Of a stretch of 64,000 bases of DNA, positions 43,170-56,600 are shown in pieces (position 1 is the first letter of the stretch; every line of letters begins with the position of its first letter). The DNA lies in assembly GCA_002269645.1 (NCBI GenBank), contig NIVC01003075.1, positions 1 through 64,000 on the forward strand, read 5' to 3'. The notes under the pieces are model-generated. The model ran no database searches. It was not told the DNA's origin and saw only the letters and a list, made by a program, of their open reading frames with translations. The position numbers and the translations under genes were made by a program. Source of the DNA: Macrostomum lignano (taxonomy: Eukaryota).

Positions 43170-43364
43170 GAGACGACGGCTGACAGAAAAGCACAGATAA
43201 TTAGATTGCGCGTGTTCTTATCACAGGTAATTTATTGTAAATAAATTGTTTTTATTACTTTAATTATACCAATACAGCAATTAGTATAATTATTACTCTT
43301 TAGAGATAAGCTTGAGTTAATCTAAAGTGAACGCGAAAATACAAACTACGAAGCTAAAATGAAT

Positions 43365-43640
43365 CGTAATAATAATTGATTACACCTGCGCTAATGAGCA
43401 GATGTGCAACCGACAGCTCAGCCACAGCTGTTCAGTCCAAGGACTGGGGGGTCGCCACACACCCTCAATTATCCCAGCTAATGCTGGCACCCATTTTACA
43501 GCTGGGTGAACTGAAGCAATACAGAGTTAAGTGTCTTCTTGTCTTGCTCAATGACACAAATTGTTCCAGTGGGATCAGGAATCGAACTCCCGACCTTCAA
43601 GTCGTAAGTCCGACGCTCTAACCACTAGGCTAAAAACCCT
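43365..43640 (-). mobile_element. tRNA-derived CORE-type SINE
   Basis: A box TAGCCTAGTGG, B box GAGTTCGATTCC; CORE-like GTGTCATTGAGCAAG..CACTTAACTCT..CAGTTCACCCAGCTGTAAAATGGG; (ATT)n tail. Confidence 0.8.
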
Positions 43641-44961
43641 CTAGTGGGCCCCCTACTCCCTACTGATTAGCATTAGTACATACCACACATACTAAAATAC
43701 CTAGATGGGCCACTCAGGCATATATACTTAGTAAAACAGCTTTCTACTTTCAGTTCAGTAGCAAAGAAGAATACGTAAACTATTTCATCAAAACAAGGCA
43801 GCTGAAATGACTTTGATAAGCCTAGAAGCCCAAGCTTGCAGGCGTAAACAACTTGCTAATTGGTTCAGCAATAATGTACATTAGTCAGTCCACTGAAACA
43901 TAGATAAAGTATACTTTATCTATGCACTGAAATGTACATGGCAGCTTTAGGCTGGAATTCCGAGAAAGGCAATAAAAATTGGGGCGGGGCGGGGGTAGTG
44001 TGGAAAGGTGGTCGGATGGTTTAAGCTGGGGAGGGGTAAGAGCCAATAAATGAGCCTTGGCTTTAAAATACATTAAAATGCTCCTGCTCAACTTACTACT
44101 GAACTGAAAGTAGCTTAAATGCAAATGTGCTGAGTGGCCCATCTAGATATTCTAGTTTCTGTGCTACATACGAAGCTATGGTCTACAAAAATCAATAAAC
44201 AATATAATTTCTAGTTGTATATACTACAATAAAATCGATAATAAATCAAGGCGTTGCAGAGACAGATAAGCATTATTAATAATATTACTGAGGATAATTT
44301 ATTTGAATACACGTATATACAAGTCCAACAGAATATAAATATAATTTTAATTTTCAGTTCACATTTTCAAACTATTAAAACAAAAATAACACCCAAAGAC
44401 GGGTGATTTGGGGATGCTAAAATTGCTAATTGTTATTATTCATAGTCCGGAAAGAGCAAGTTGGCACAGAGAAAATGATTAAAACAAGATGAAACAATGG
44501 CCATACAATCGTAATTAGTTAATATATGGCACTGTACAAATATGACAGAAGGAAAGTCAGAAAAGACAAAAAAGGTAATTGCCAACGCTTACACTAACAA
44601 TAGGAAAATGAAATAAATAAAAGCCAACTATTTATACTAGAGAGAGCCGAATTCGGACACAGCATACTACTGTTAATAAGTAGTAAGAAAAGCATTTACA
44701 CTATCAAGAAAGCATAAATTACATATGCTATGAAAATAAAACCTTGCAAGTTAATGAAAATAGTTATTGGTTTCTTTACAAATTCCTGCTAGTATTCATA
44801 ACTGCATTACACTTGTAATTAACAATACAAATAATAACCGTGCACATTTTGTCGGCAACAAATTTATAGATCACACAGCAAACATAAGCACAGCAGCAAC
44901 TGTAGGCACATCTTAGTTCTGTATTAGCAAATAATATTAACGGTACAGTCTAAATTGTGTC

Positions 44962-45660
44962 TTATTCCTTATCGACTGCCTCTCACGCCAGCAATGTACA
45001 TCCCCACTGTACATTGCGTATCGATCGCCTCTAAGGCCAGCGATGTGCATTCCCAATGTACATTCCTTATCGACTGCCTCTCACGCCAGCAATGTTCATC
45101 CCCACTGTACATTGCGTATCGATCGCCTCTAAGGCCAGCGATGTGCATTCCCAATGTACATTCCTTATCGACTGCCTCTCACGCCAGCAATGTACATCCC
45201 CACTGTACATTGCTTTTCGATCGCCTCTAAGGCCAGCAATGTGCATTCCCAGTGTACATTCCTTATCGACTGCCTCTCACGCCAGCAATGTACATCCCCA
45301 CTGTACATTGCGTATCGATCGCCTCTAAGGCCAGCGATGTGCATTCCCAATGTACATTCCTTATCGACTGCCTCTCACGCCAGCAATGTTCATCCCCACT
45401 GTACATTGCGTATCGATCGCCTCTAAGGCAAGCAATGTGCATTCCCAGTGTACATTCCTTATCGACTGCCTCTCACGCCAGCAATGTACATCCCCACTGT
45501 ACATTGCGTATCGATCGCCTCTAAGGCCAGCAATGTGCATTCCCAGTGTACATTCCTTATCGACTGCCTCTCTCGCCAGCAATGTGCATTCCCAATGTAC
45601 ATTCCTTATCGACTGCCTCTCACGCCAGCAATGTACATTCCCAATGGCATCGCAATTGCA
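44962..45660. repeat. 98-bp tandem repeat built from two ~49-bp subunits
   Basis: About 7 copies; ORF-track starts are spaced 98 nt apart (45056, 45154, 45252, 45350, 45448). Confidence 0.95.
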
Positions 45661-45822
45661 ATGTACACTCTAGAAGCGACGTACACTAAATCGATCGTCT
45701 CTAAGCTAAAGTCACCAATCTGTGACTAGTTTAATTCAAATAATAACCAAATCGATTTTGTCTTCATAATCTACGACTCACACAGCGCTAGTGAGATTGA
45801 GATATAATCAGATTTAGAATCA

Positions 45823-46410
45823 TTAATCTTCATCAGACTTCGCAGACGAGTCGTCGTTACCTTCAGCATCAACCTCGGCAGGTGCTTCATCATCATTAGT
45901 ATCGGCATTATTCTGAATCTCAGAAGCGCCTTCGTCGCTGTCATCGACATTTTCATCGTCTCCTTCTAGCATGGCTCGATAATCTGGTCGATGCCGACGC
46001 AATGGTCGACCGCTGGCAGACTGCTGCTGTTCAGGAGACTGGCGTCGTTGACGCTTCCGTCTGGCTTGTTGACTGTCCTCGTCTTCTAACTGAGCAACCG
46101 GCTGCTGCTGCTGCTGCTCATCCTCCGAGGTGTCCACCATCACAGCTCGTCGAGGTCGTTTTGGCCGAGTAGACGCCGCCACCGCCACCTGATGCCGCTG
46201 GCGTCGAAGTCGACGACGCTCTTGAAGCTGTACACGACGTCTGGTACGCGGATGATGCTTTCGGTCAACTGAGCTGTCCATGTTGGAGTTGTTTGAGTTG
46301 TCATTGTCGGTGCCGTGGTTGCAGCGGTCCCCGGCGCTGTCCATGTCGTTTTCAGCGTCGTGGTCTTCGTCCGAATCATCATCGTCGTCGTCTGATTCGC
46401 AGTAGTTCAC
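45823..46410 (-). CDS. BRWD3: BRWD terminal exon (acidic/basic low complexity)
   Basis: RKRVAQ|VNYCES junction in phase; ends SAKSDED-TAA. Confidence 0.88.
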   Translation of the reverse strand: MNYCESDDDDDDSDEDHDAENDMDSAGDRCNHGTDNDNSNNSNMDSSVDRKHHPRTRRRVQLQERRRLRRQRHQVAVAASTRPKRPRRAVMVDTSEDEQQQQQPVAQLEDEDSQQARRKRQRRQSPEQQQSASGRPLRRHRPDYRAMLEGDDENVDDSDEGASEIQNNADTNDDEAPAEVDAEGNDDSSAKSDED

Positions 46411-47802
46411 CTGGATAGATTTTTTGATGAGCAGGTGAGTCTTACACTGGGTTTGGTTGATTAGTGAAGAGATCATGGGATTGGGAAGTTGAATTGTGGG
46501 ACTGGGAAATGGGATCATGGGATTAGGAAATGGGATCATGGGATTGAGAAATGGGATCATGGGATTGAGAAATGGGATCATGGGATTGGGAAATGGGATC
46601 ATGGGATTGGGAAGTTGAATTGTGGGACTGGGAAATGGGATCATGGGATTGGGAAATGGGATCATGGGATTGGGAAATGGGATCATGAGATTGAGAAATG
46701 GGATCATGGGATTGAGAAATGGGATCATGGGATTGGGAAATGGGATCATGGGATTGAGAAATGGGATCATGGGATTGGGAAGTGGGATCATGGGATTGGG
46801 AAGTGGGATCATGGGATTGAGAAATGGGATCATGGGATTGAGAAATGGGATCATGGGACTGGGAATTGGGATCATGGGACTTGGTAATGGGGATTATTGG
46901 ACTCTTATATAGGAAATTAGACGCAGGAAAGAAAAACAATAAAATCCCACCTGGGCAACTCGCTTCCTGAGTCCGCCGCCGCCGCTTCCCAATCCAGCCG
47001 AGGACGACGAGGAAGCCGCAGCCGATCTGCCTCGATTCGGTGCCGCAGTGGCTTTCTTTCGCAAATTCTGCTGCTGCTGTTGCTGCTGTTGCTGCTGCCG
47101 ATCCCGCTGAAGATTTCGTTTGCCAACCGTCGGAGCTGCAACCGACTCAACTGACGCCTGTTTTCGTTTCCGTTCTCTAATTCTAGAGCGTCTCTGCTGC
47201 TGCTGCGGCTGCTGACGCCTGGTTGGTCTACATCTGGCACCAGATGCACCACCTGTGGAGGCGGCGGCAGCAGCGGCGCCAGCCGAGCCGTCGAGACCGC
47301 GCGCTCGCAATCGGCGCCATCGTTTCAAAGCGCCGCTCATTAGTCGTTCAAATTCCCGTTGCAGGCTCAGCGTCATCTGATAAATTCTCGAAGTTGGCAC
47401 AGTATTGTAGGCCCGAGAGTTGCTAAACATTCTCTGTAGATCGCGGAAAAAATCCAACGGACTTGCGTAGCAACCGTTGCTAAGGCGTTGCCGGGCTGTG
47501 CTTAAATCGATGGGATCGGAGACCACGTCTAAATAGTCTGGATAGGCTTCCAGATCCACTGGCTGCTGGAAGGGCAGGGACTCGTCTCGCTGGGTGAGCT
47601 TGGCCAGCACCCGGTAGCACAACCGGGTCCACAGGGGCGGCCCATCCGCTGGGAGCGATGATGAAGCTTCGGGATCGGCGTCCGGCTGCTGCTCCTCCTG
47701 ATGAGGCTGACCGGCGGCAACCTGAGCAGTGGAAATATTAAAGGATAAGAAATATAAGGTTTGGGCCCATCCTATCTGCCTGACCCAGCGCCAGACATAG
47801 CC

Positions 47803-47876
<74 letters not shown>

Positions 47877-47900
47877 ACAGACAGACAGACAGACAGACAC

Positions 47901-47987
<87 letters not shown>

Positions 47988-48046
47988 GGCAGGCAGGCAG
48001 GAAGGCAGGCAGGCAGGCAGGCAGACAGGCAGACAGACACACAGAC

Positions 48047-48110
<64 letters not shown>

Positions 48111-51100
48111 TGACAGACAGACAGACAGACAGACAGACAGGCAATCTATCAAACCGCCACTCACATCTGCATCGCTGGAAATTCTCTTCCGCTTCCTGGG
48201 CACAGCCTCCGCAGCCTCATCCTCCTCGTCCTCATCAGCCGAGGCCGAATCGCCTTCGCTCTCAATCGAAGCGTCACCTTCGCTACCGTCGCCGCTGCCA
48301 CCCTCAGCATCCGGCGGTTCCTCTTCCTCATCGTCTTCAAACTCGCTCAAATGCAATCCGTTGCGATGCTCCTCATCCAGGCTATCCAGCATCTCTCGAT
48401 GGAGCTGGCCAATATCCGAGCAGTCGGTCTTGCTAATAAACTCCAACAGCAGATCGGTGAGCAGCCGGGCTCGCCTAACAATCACGGTGTCGGCCTCATT
48501 AAAGTACTCGGCATTGTTAGCTAGAAATCGAACATCGTATTGCACAGACAATAGCCGACGATAGTACATGTTCCTTAGGCGGCTCCGGATGGTGCTCAAA
48601 TCGATTGGATAGGCAATCATAAATCCGTAGGTTGGATACAGTTCCAAGTCTACTGGCTTGGCGAACTCAGCGAATACGGGCAGGTCGATTAGGTAGTCGA
48701 GGGCGGCGGCTAGTCTGGCACAATCGGCTGGTCGACCGTCGGGGTGAGGCCATTCGCGCGGACATGGGGTGTACTGGAGGCTGGCGAATTCCGCGGCGGT
48801 GACGGGCCGGTTCTCGGCGGCTTCCGCTTCCGAGCTGGAAATTCATTGTTGGTATTATTGTTATTTGTAATTTTATTATTACTCGTACTAACCTAAGGTC
48901 ATAGACAGAGGTCCATAAGAAGGTCATAGACGCTTATAAGTGGGTCATAGACTGACGCTCAAAAGAAGGCCATAGACAGACGCTCATAAGTGGGTCATAG
49001 ACACACGCTCATAAGAAGGTCATAGATAGACGCTCATAAGAAGGTCATAGACAGACGCTCATAAGAAGGTCATAGACAGACGCTCATAAGTGGGTTATAG
49101 ACAGACGCTCATAAGTGGGTTATAGACAGACGCTCATAGTGGTCATAGACAGACGCTCATAGTGGTCATAGACAGACGCTCATAAGTGGGTTATAGACAG
49201 ACGCTCATAAGTGGGTCATAGACAGACGCTCATAAGTGGGTCATAGACAGACGCTAATGAGTGGATTATAGACAAACGCTCATAAGTGGGTCATAGACAG
49301 ACGCTCATAAGTGGGTCATAGACAGACGCTAATGAGTGGATTATAGACAGACGCTCATTAGTGGGTCATAGACAGACGCTCATAAGGTTATAGACAGATG
49401 CTCATAAGTGAGTCATAGACAGACGTTCATAAGAGGATCATATAGGGCCATAGAGAACTACTCACCCATCCTCTCCAACATTTAGCGGATGCAGATCCCA
49501 CAGACTCAAGTTCTCCTCACTGCCATCGTTATCCCATTTAGCTCGAACGCTGAGCCAATGAGATTCCGGGAACGCTGCATCGTGAGCCGCTATGCCCACA
49601 ATGGTTCCCGACCACCAATAGTCGTCGATAATGGCCCGAAATCGATCTCCAACCTGCCAGTTTCGCTCCAACGCTCGATCGTAAGTCTGACGCAGGACCA
49701 TAAAATCCAGCACGTTGTCCATGTCGTGAAAGCGTAATTGAAATTTGCCTCGAGAGCCGTCAGCGAATGCCAGTGTCATTTGTACTAAGCGAGGCGATTT
49801 TGTTAACAAAGGCTTCATACCGGACACTTTCATTTGCTCGTGTGGCGACAGGTCGGGCATGCGTAGCCAGGGCAGTTCGCGGTCAACTTTGTAGGCATCG
49901 ATAGCCTGATAGAAAAATTTTTGTATGATTTATGACCCATGGTTTTGCTGACGTTTTAAGTGGGAATTTATATTAATGTATTTTGTAACCGACAGTTAAC
50001 TAGCAACATTCGCCTGAATCCATGCTAAACCACTCGTTCCCTCTACCTATATCGCATCGATCTCTATCCCATTTATCTCTATTAAATCTATCTACCATCT
50101 AATCCATCTCCATCTGATCCATTTCTGTCCCATCCATCTCTCCCATCCATCTCTATCCCATCTAACTCTATCCCATCCATATCTATCCCATCAACGTCTA
50201 TCCCATCCATATCTATCCCATCAACGTCTATCCCATCAACGTCTATCCCATCCATCTCTATCTCATCAATCTCTATCCCAGCCATCTCTATCCCAGTCAT
50301 CTCTATCCCATCTATCTCTATCCCAGTCATCTCTATCCCATCTATCTCTATCCCATCCATCTCTATTCCATCCAACTCTATCCCATCCAACTCTATCCCA
50401 TCTAAATCTATCCCATCCAACTCTATCCCATCCAACTCTATCCCATCTAAATCTATCCCATCCAACTCTATCCCATCCAACTCTATCCCATCCAACTCTA
50501 TCCCATCCAACTCTATCCCATCCAACTCTATCCCATCCAACTCTATCCCATCCAACTCTATCCCATCCAACTCTATCCCAGAATTAACTATATCACCCAT
50601 CTCCATTCAAACGTTTCTAGAACATTCTATGCATCTATTTTATCTTTAAATAACCCTCATCTAGCAATCATATATGCTTATATTTACCTGCTATCGACAA
50701 CCTTCGACACGTAAACACATATTCTCACCTGGACGCTATCAATGTACTGCTGATGGCCCTGCCTAAAGTACACAATCTCGTCGCCAATCTGCGGCACGTA
50801 GGGACTGTGCCTGGGCAGCGTAGAGGTCAGCCATTCGGGCGGCCGGTAGTCGTCAGACAGCTTCAGTTTACGCCGACTTTGATGCTGCAGCTGCTGGTGA
50901 TACTGATAGGAAGGACCGGCCATAGACGATGACGGGGCGGCGTCGGCGTCTGCTCTGACCGCGGGACGACGAGACGACGACCGAGTCGGTTTCGATGTTG
51001 TAGCCTTTGAAGTTGCCGGCATTGACGTTGCCTTGCTACTGGAACGATTGTTATTGGTTGAATTGGCTAATATTGAACGCTTGGACTGCTTTGGCGGGCG

Positions 51101-51292
51101 GCCACGGCGTCTGGGCGAGGGCGAGTTGGCGACGACCGGCGACTGCAAACAGGGCGAGAAGGCGAGAGAGCGATTAAAGCAACGATTTTTTAATTAAAAT
51201 TCCAATTCGCTTATGCTACTTAGAAGTAGCTTAATAGTAAATAAAACCTTTTTTGACATTTCGATTCGCTAAAAAAGCTAAGCAACTAACTG

Positions 51293-51343
<51 letters not shown>

Positions 51344-51368
51344 GACTAACTAACTAACTAACTAACTG

Positions 51369-51423
<55 letters not shown>

Positions 51424-51496
51424 GACTAACTAACTAACTAACTAACTGACTAACTAACTAACTGACTAACTAACTAACTGACTAACTAACTAACTG

Positions 51497-51539
<43 letters not shown>

Positions 51540-51609
51540 GACTAACTGACTGACTAACTAACTAACTAACTAACTGACTAACTAACTAACTGACTAACTG
51601 ACTAACTAT

Positions 51610-51664
<55 letters not shown>

Positions 51665-51665
51665 C

Positions 51666-51747
<82 letters not shown>

Positions 51748-51849
51748 GACTAACTATCTAACTAACTAACTAACTAACTGACTAACTGACTGACTAACTA
51801 ACTAACTAACTAACTGACTAACTAACTAACTGACTAACTGACTAACTAT

Positions 51850-51887
<38 letters not shown>

Positions 51888-51900
51888 GACTAACTAACTG

Positions 51901-51957
<57 letters not shown>

Positions 51958-51997
51958 CTAACTAACTAACTGACTAACTAACTGACTAACTAACTAT

Positions 51998-52043
<46 letters not shown>

Positions 52044-52113
52044 GACTAACTGACTGACTAACTAACTAACTAACTAACTGACTAACTAACTAACTGACTA
52101 ACTGACTAACTAT

Positions 52114-52163
<50 letters not shown>

Positions 52164-52176
52164 GACTAACTAACTG

Positions 52177-52225
<49 letters not shown>

Positions 52226-52265
52226 CTAACTAACTATCTGACTAACTAACTGACTAACTAACTAT

Positions 52266-52327
<62 letters not shown>

Positions 52328-52397
52328 GACTAACTGACTGACTAACTAACTAACTAACTAACTGACTAACTAACTAACTGACTAACTGACTAACTAT

Positions 52398-52445
<48 letters not shown>

Positions 52446-52460
52446 CTGACTAACTAACTG

Positions 52461-52497
<37 letters not shown>

Positions 52498-52537
52498 CTA
52501 ACTAACTAACTGACTAACTAACTGACTAACTAACTAT

Positions 52538-52575
<38 letters not shown>

Positions 52576-52620
52576 GACTAACTATCTAACTAACTAACTA
52601 ACTAACTGACTAACTGACTG

Positions 52621-52655
<35 letters not shown>

Positions 52656-52704
52656 GACTAACTGACTAACTATCTAACTAACTAACTAACTAACTAACTA
52701 ACTG

Positions 52705-52737
<33 letters not shown>

Positions 52738-52901
52738 CTAACTAACTAATTAACTAACTAACTAACTAACTAACTAATTAACTAACTAACTAACTAACTG
52801 ACTAACTATCTAACTAACTAACTAACTAACTGACTAACTGACTGACTAACTAACTAACTAACTAACTGACTAACTAACTAACTGACTAACTGACTAACTA
52901 T

Positions 52902-52951
<50 letters not shown>

Positions 52952-52964
52952 GACTAACTAACTG

Positions 52965-53009
<45 letters not shown>

Positions 53010-53049
53010 CTAACTAACTAACTGACTAACTAACTGACTAACTAACTAT

Positions 53050-53091
<42 letters not shown>

Positions 53092-53136
53092 GACTAACTA
53101 TCTAACTAACTAACTAACTAACTGACTAACTGACTG

Positions 53137-53175
<39 letters not shown>

Positions 53176-53193
53176 GACTAACTGACTAACTAT

Positions 53194-53227
<34 letters not shown>

Positions 53228-53236
53228 GACTAACTG

Positions 53237-53267
<31 letters not shown>

Positions 53268-53276
53268 GACTAACTG

Positions 53277-53355
<79 letters not shown>

Positions 53356-53364
53356 GACTGACTG

Positions 53365-53411
<47 letters not shown>

Positions 53412-53596
53412 GACTAACTGACTAACTATCTAACTAACTAACTAACTAACTGACTAACTGACTGACTAACTAACTAACTAACTAACTAATTAACTAACTA
53501 ATTAACTAACTGACTAACTGACTGACTAACTAACTAACTAACTGACTAACTAACTAACTAACTGACTGACTAACTGACTAACTGACTGACTAACTG

Positions 53597-53631
<35 letters not shown>

Positions 53632-56600
53632 GACTGACTAACTAACTAACTAACTAACTAACTAGCTAACTTACTAACAAAAACTAACTAACTGACTGAG
53701 TAATTATCTAACGAACTAACTAACTAAATAGCTAGCTAATTACTTCTTGTATAACTAATCAACAAAGGAATTTAGAACGGAGAAATTTGGATACAACAAC
53801 TAAGCTTCACATATTGTCACTTTTCACCAACCTTTGCCTCTCCAGCTGATTCCGATTCGTCAGAATCATCCGAATTCGAACTAGTCGTCGTCTCAGACTC
53901 TTCTTCATCATCTGAGCTGCCAGAATCGCTCGAACCATGGGACGATGAAGACTCCCTGCCTGCCTGAGATGTTGAAGCTGCAGCAGCAGCAGCCGCAGCG
54001 GCCGCGGCAGCGACTGCCGCTGGTCGACGAACTTTTCGACGTTGCACCCGTTTAGGCATGGCCATCCTGCCGGCGCCCTGCGGATGCGTGTGGGTCAGCA
54101 ATTCCCGTACATTATCTACACCAAATGGGAATTCCCGTACATTATCCACACCAAATGGGAATTCCCTTACATTATCTACACCAAATGGGAATTCCCTTAC
54201 ATTATCTACACCAAATGGGAATTCCCTTACATTATCTACACCAAATGGGAATTCCCTTATGTTATCTACACCAAATGGGAATTCCCTTATATTATCTACA
54301 CTAAATGGGAATTCCCTTACATTATCTACACCAAATGGGAATTTCCTTAGATTAGCTACATTAAATGGGAATTCCCTCATACTATCTGCAAATGGGAAAT
54401 CCCTGAAAATGAAATATCCCGCAGAAAAAGGACCGCAAAGCTCACCTCATCCTCCAGCCAGTCAGAGTACTCAGACTCCGTAGTTCTATCGTCGCTGGAG
54501 TCGTCCCCAGCTGCCTCCAGCTGAGCGTACACCCTGTCAACATCTTCGCCGCTGCCGCCAGTCTCAACATCCGTGTCGTACAGAGCGCGAGCGGTTAGGC
54601 GATTGAAGGTTGCGGACTCCACCGCAGCGGGCACCGTGGACTCGACAGGGAGGGCCTGACTTAACGGCTGCTGAAATGGTGCGGTTGTATAACGGGCGTA
54701 CGTTTAATGATAATTATGAAGGAAATGGAGACTATTTTAAGCAACAATTATACTACAAAGGGAATTCCCTACTCCAAACTTCATCTCTAACTAGATTAAG
54801 ATCAAAGAGATCGCATTTGTAGACTGTCTTCTTAACTACTGAGAATTACTATCTTAGTAATCGTAGTTACCCTAAATACCTGGGGAATACCAAACTGGGA
54901 GCTCTATATGTAACTAGAAACTTCTCTAATTGGGAGCTCCGTTCGTATCTATAGGAATTCCTTCACTAAGAGCTTCTTATGTAACTGAGGTTATTTTCAA
55001 AGTGGGTACTCCCTAAGTAACTAGGGGAATTTCCCACACTGGGAGCTCCCTAAGTAACTAGGGGAATTCCCACACTGGGAGCTCCCTAAGTAACTAGGGG
55101 AATTCCACACTAGGAGCTCCCTAAGTAACTAGGGGAATTCCCACACTAGGAACACCCTAAGTAACTAGGGGAATTCCCACACTGGGAGCTCCCTAAGTAA
55201 CTAGGGGAATTCCAACACTGGGAGCTCCCTAAGTAACTAGGGGAATTGCCATACTAGGAACACCCTAAGTAACTAGGGGAATTCCCACACTGGGAGCTTC
55301 CTAAGTAACTAGGGGAATTCCCACACTGGTAGCTCCCTAAATAACTAGGGGAATTTCCCACACTGGGAACTCCCTAAGTAACTAGGGGAATTTCCCACAC
55401 TGGGAGCTCCCTAAATAACTAGGGTAATTCCCAAACTCGGAGCTCCCTAAGTAACTGGGGAATTCCCACACTGGGAGCTTCCTAAGTAACTAGGGGTATT
55501 CCCACACTGGGAGCTTCCTAAGTAACTAGGGGTATTCCCACACTGGGAGCTTCCTAAGTAACTAGGGGAATTCCCACACTGGGAGCTCCCTAAGTAACTA
55601 GGGGAATTCCAACACTGGGAGCTCCCTAAGTAACTAGGGGAATTCCCATACTAGGAACACCCTAAGTAACTAGGGGAATTCCCACACTGGTAGCTTCCTA
55701 AGTAACTGGGGAATTCCCACACTGGTAGCTCCCTAAATAACTAGGGGAATTTCCCACACTGGGAACTCCCTAAGTAACTAGGGGAATTTCCCACACTGGG
55801 AGCTCCCTAAATAACTAGGGTAATTCCCAAACTCGGAGCTCCCTAAGTAACTAGGGGAATTCCCACACTGGGAGCTTCCTAAGTAACTAGGGAATTCCCA
55901 CACTGGGAGCTTCCTAAGTAACTAGGGGAATTCCCACACTGGGAGCTTCCTAAGTAACTAGGGGAATTCCCACACTGGGAGCTCCCTAAGTAACTAGGGG
56001 AATTCCCACACTGGGAGCTTCCTAAGTAACTAGGGGAATTCCCATACTGGGAGCTTTCTAAGTTAGGGGAATTCCCACACTGGGAGCTCCCTAAGTAACT
56101 AGGGAAATTCCCAAACTCGGAGCTCCCTAAGTTAGGGGAATTCCCACACTGGGAGCTTCCTAAGTAACTAGGGAAATTCCCAAACTGGGAGCTCCCTATG
56201 GAAGGTATTGAAGAGATCTACATGATAAAACAACTCGGACAGTTCCTCAATTAATAAGGCACCAACCTGCTGTTGCGACATCAGCTGCTGCTGCTGTTGC
56301 GACTCTCTGTGAGACATCGACTGTTGATCAGCTGCTGACGCCGCCGCCGCCGCCGATCCAGCTGACGTGGACGACAACGAATGACCGACAATAGTCGACG
56401 ATTGACTCGAAGAGCCTGCAGTCCCGCTATGAAGGGCTGGTAGCTGAGCATCATGCTGATGCTGCTGCTGTCGAGAAGCTCTCGCCAACATCGGCGCCTG
56501 AGAGTCGGCCGGCTTCAACCGGCATTCGATGCAGAATTGTCGAACTTCCCGATCCCCGGCAGCCAGACGACGTGCTGTGGACTGCTCGAGCTGGGAGCCG

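Noticed and set aside
50088-50606. (DGIEL)n ORF; also the (NPMIPFL)n part of 45823-46875 and the (DNVREFPFGV)n part of 53817-54380
   Set aside because: Intronic minisatellites; canonical splice sites exclude them and the spliced frame is continuous without them.
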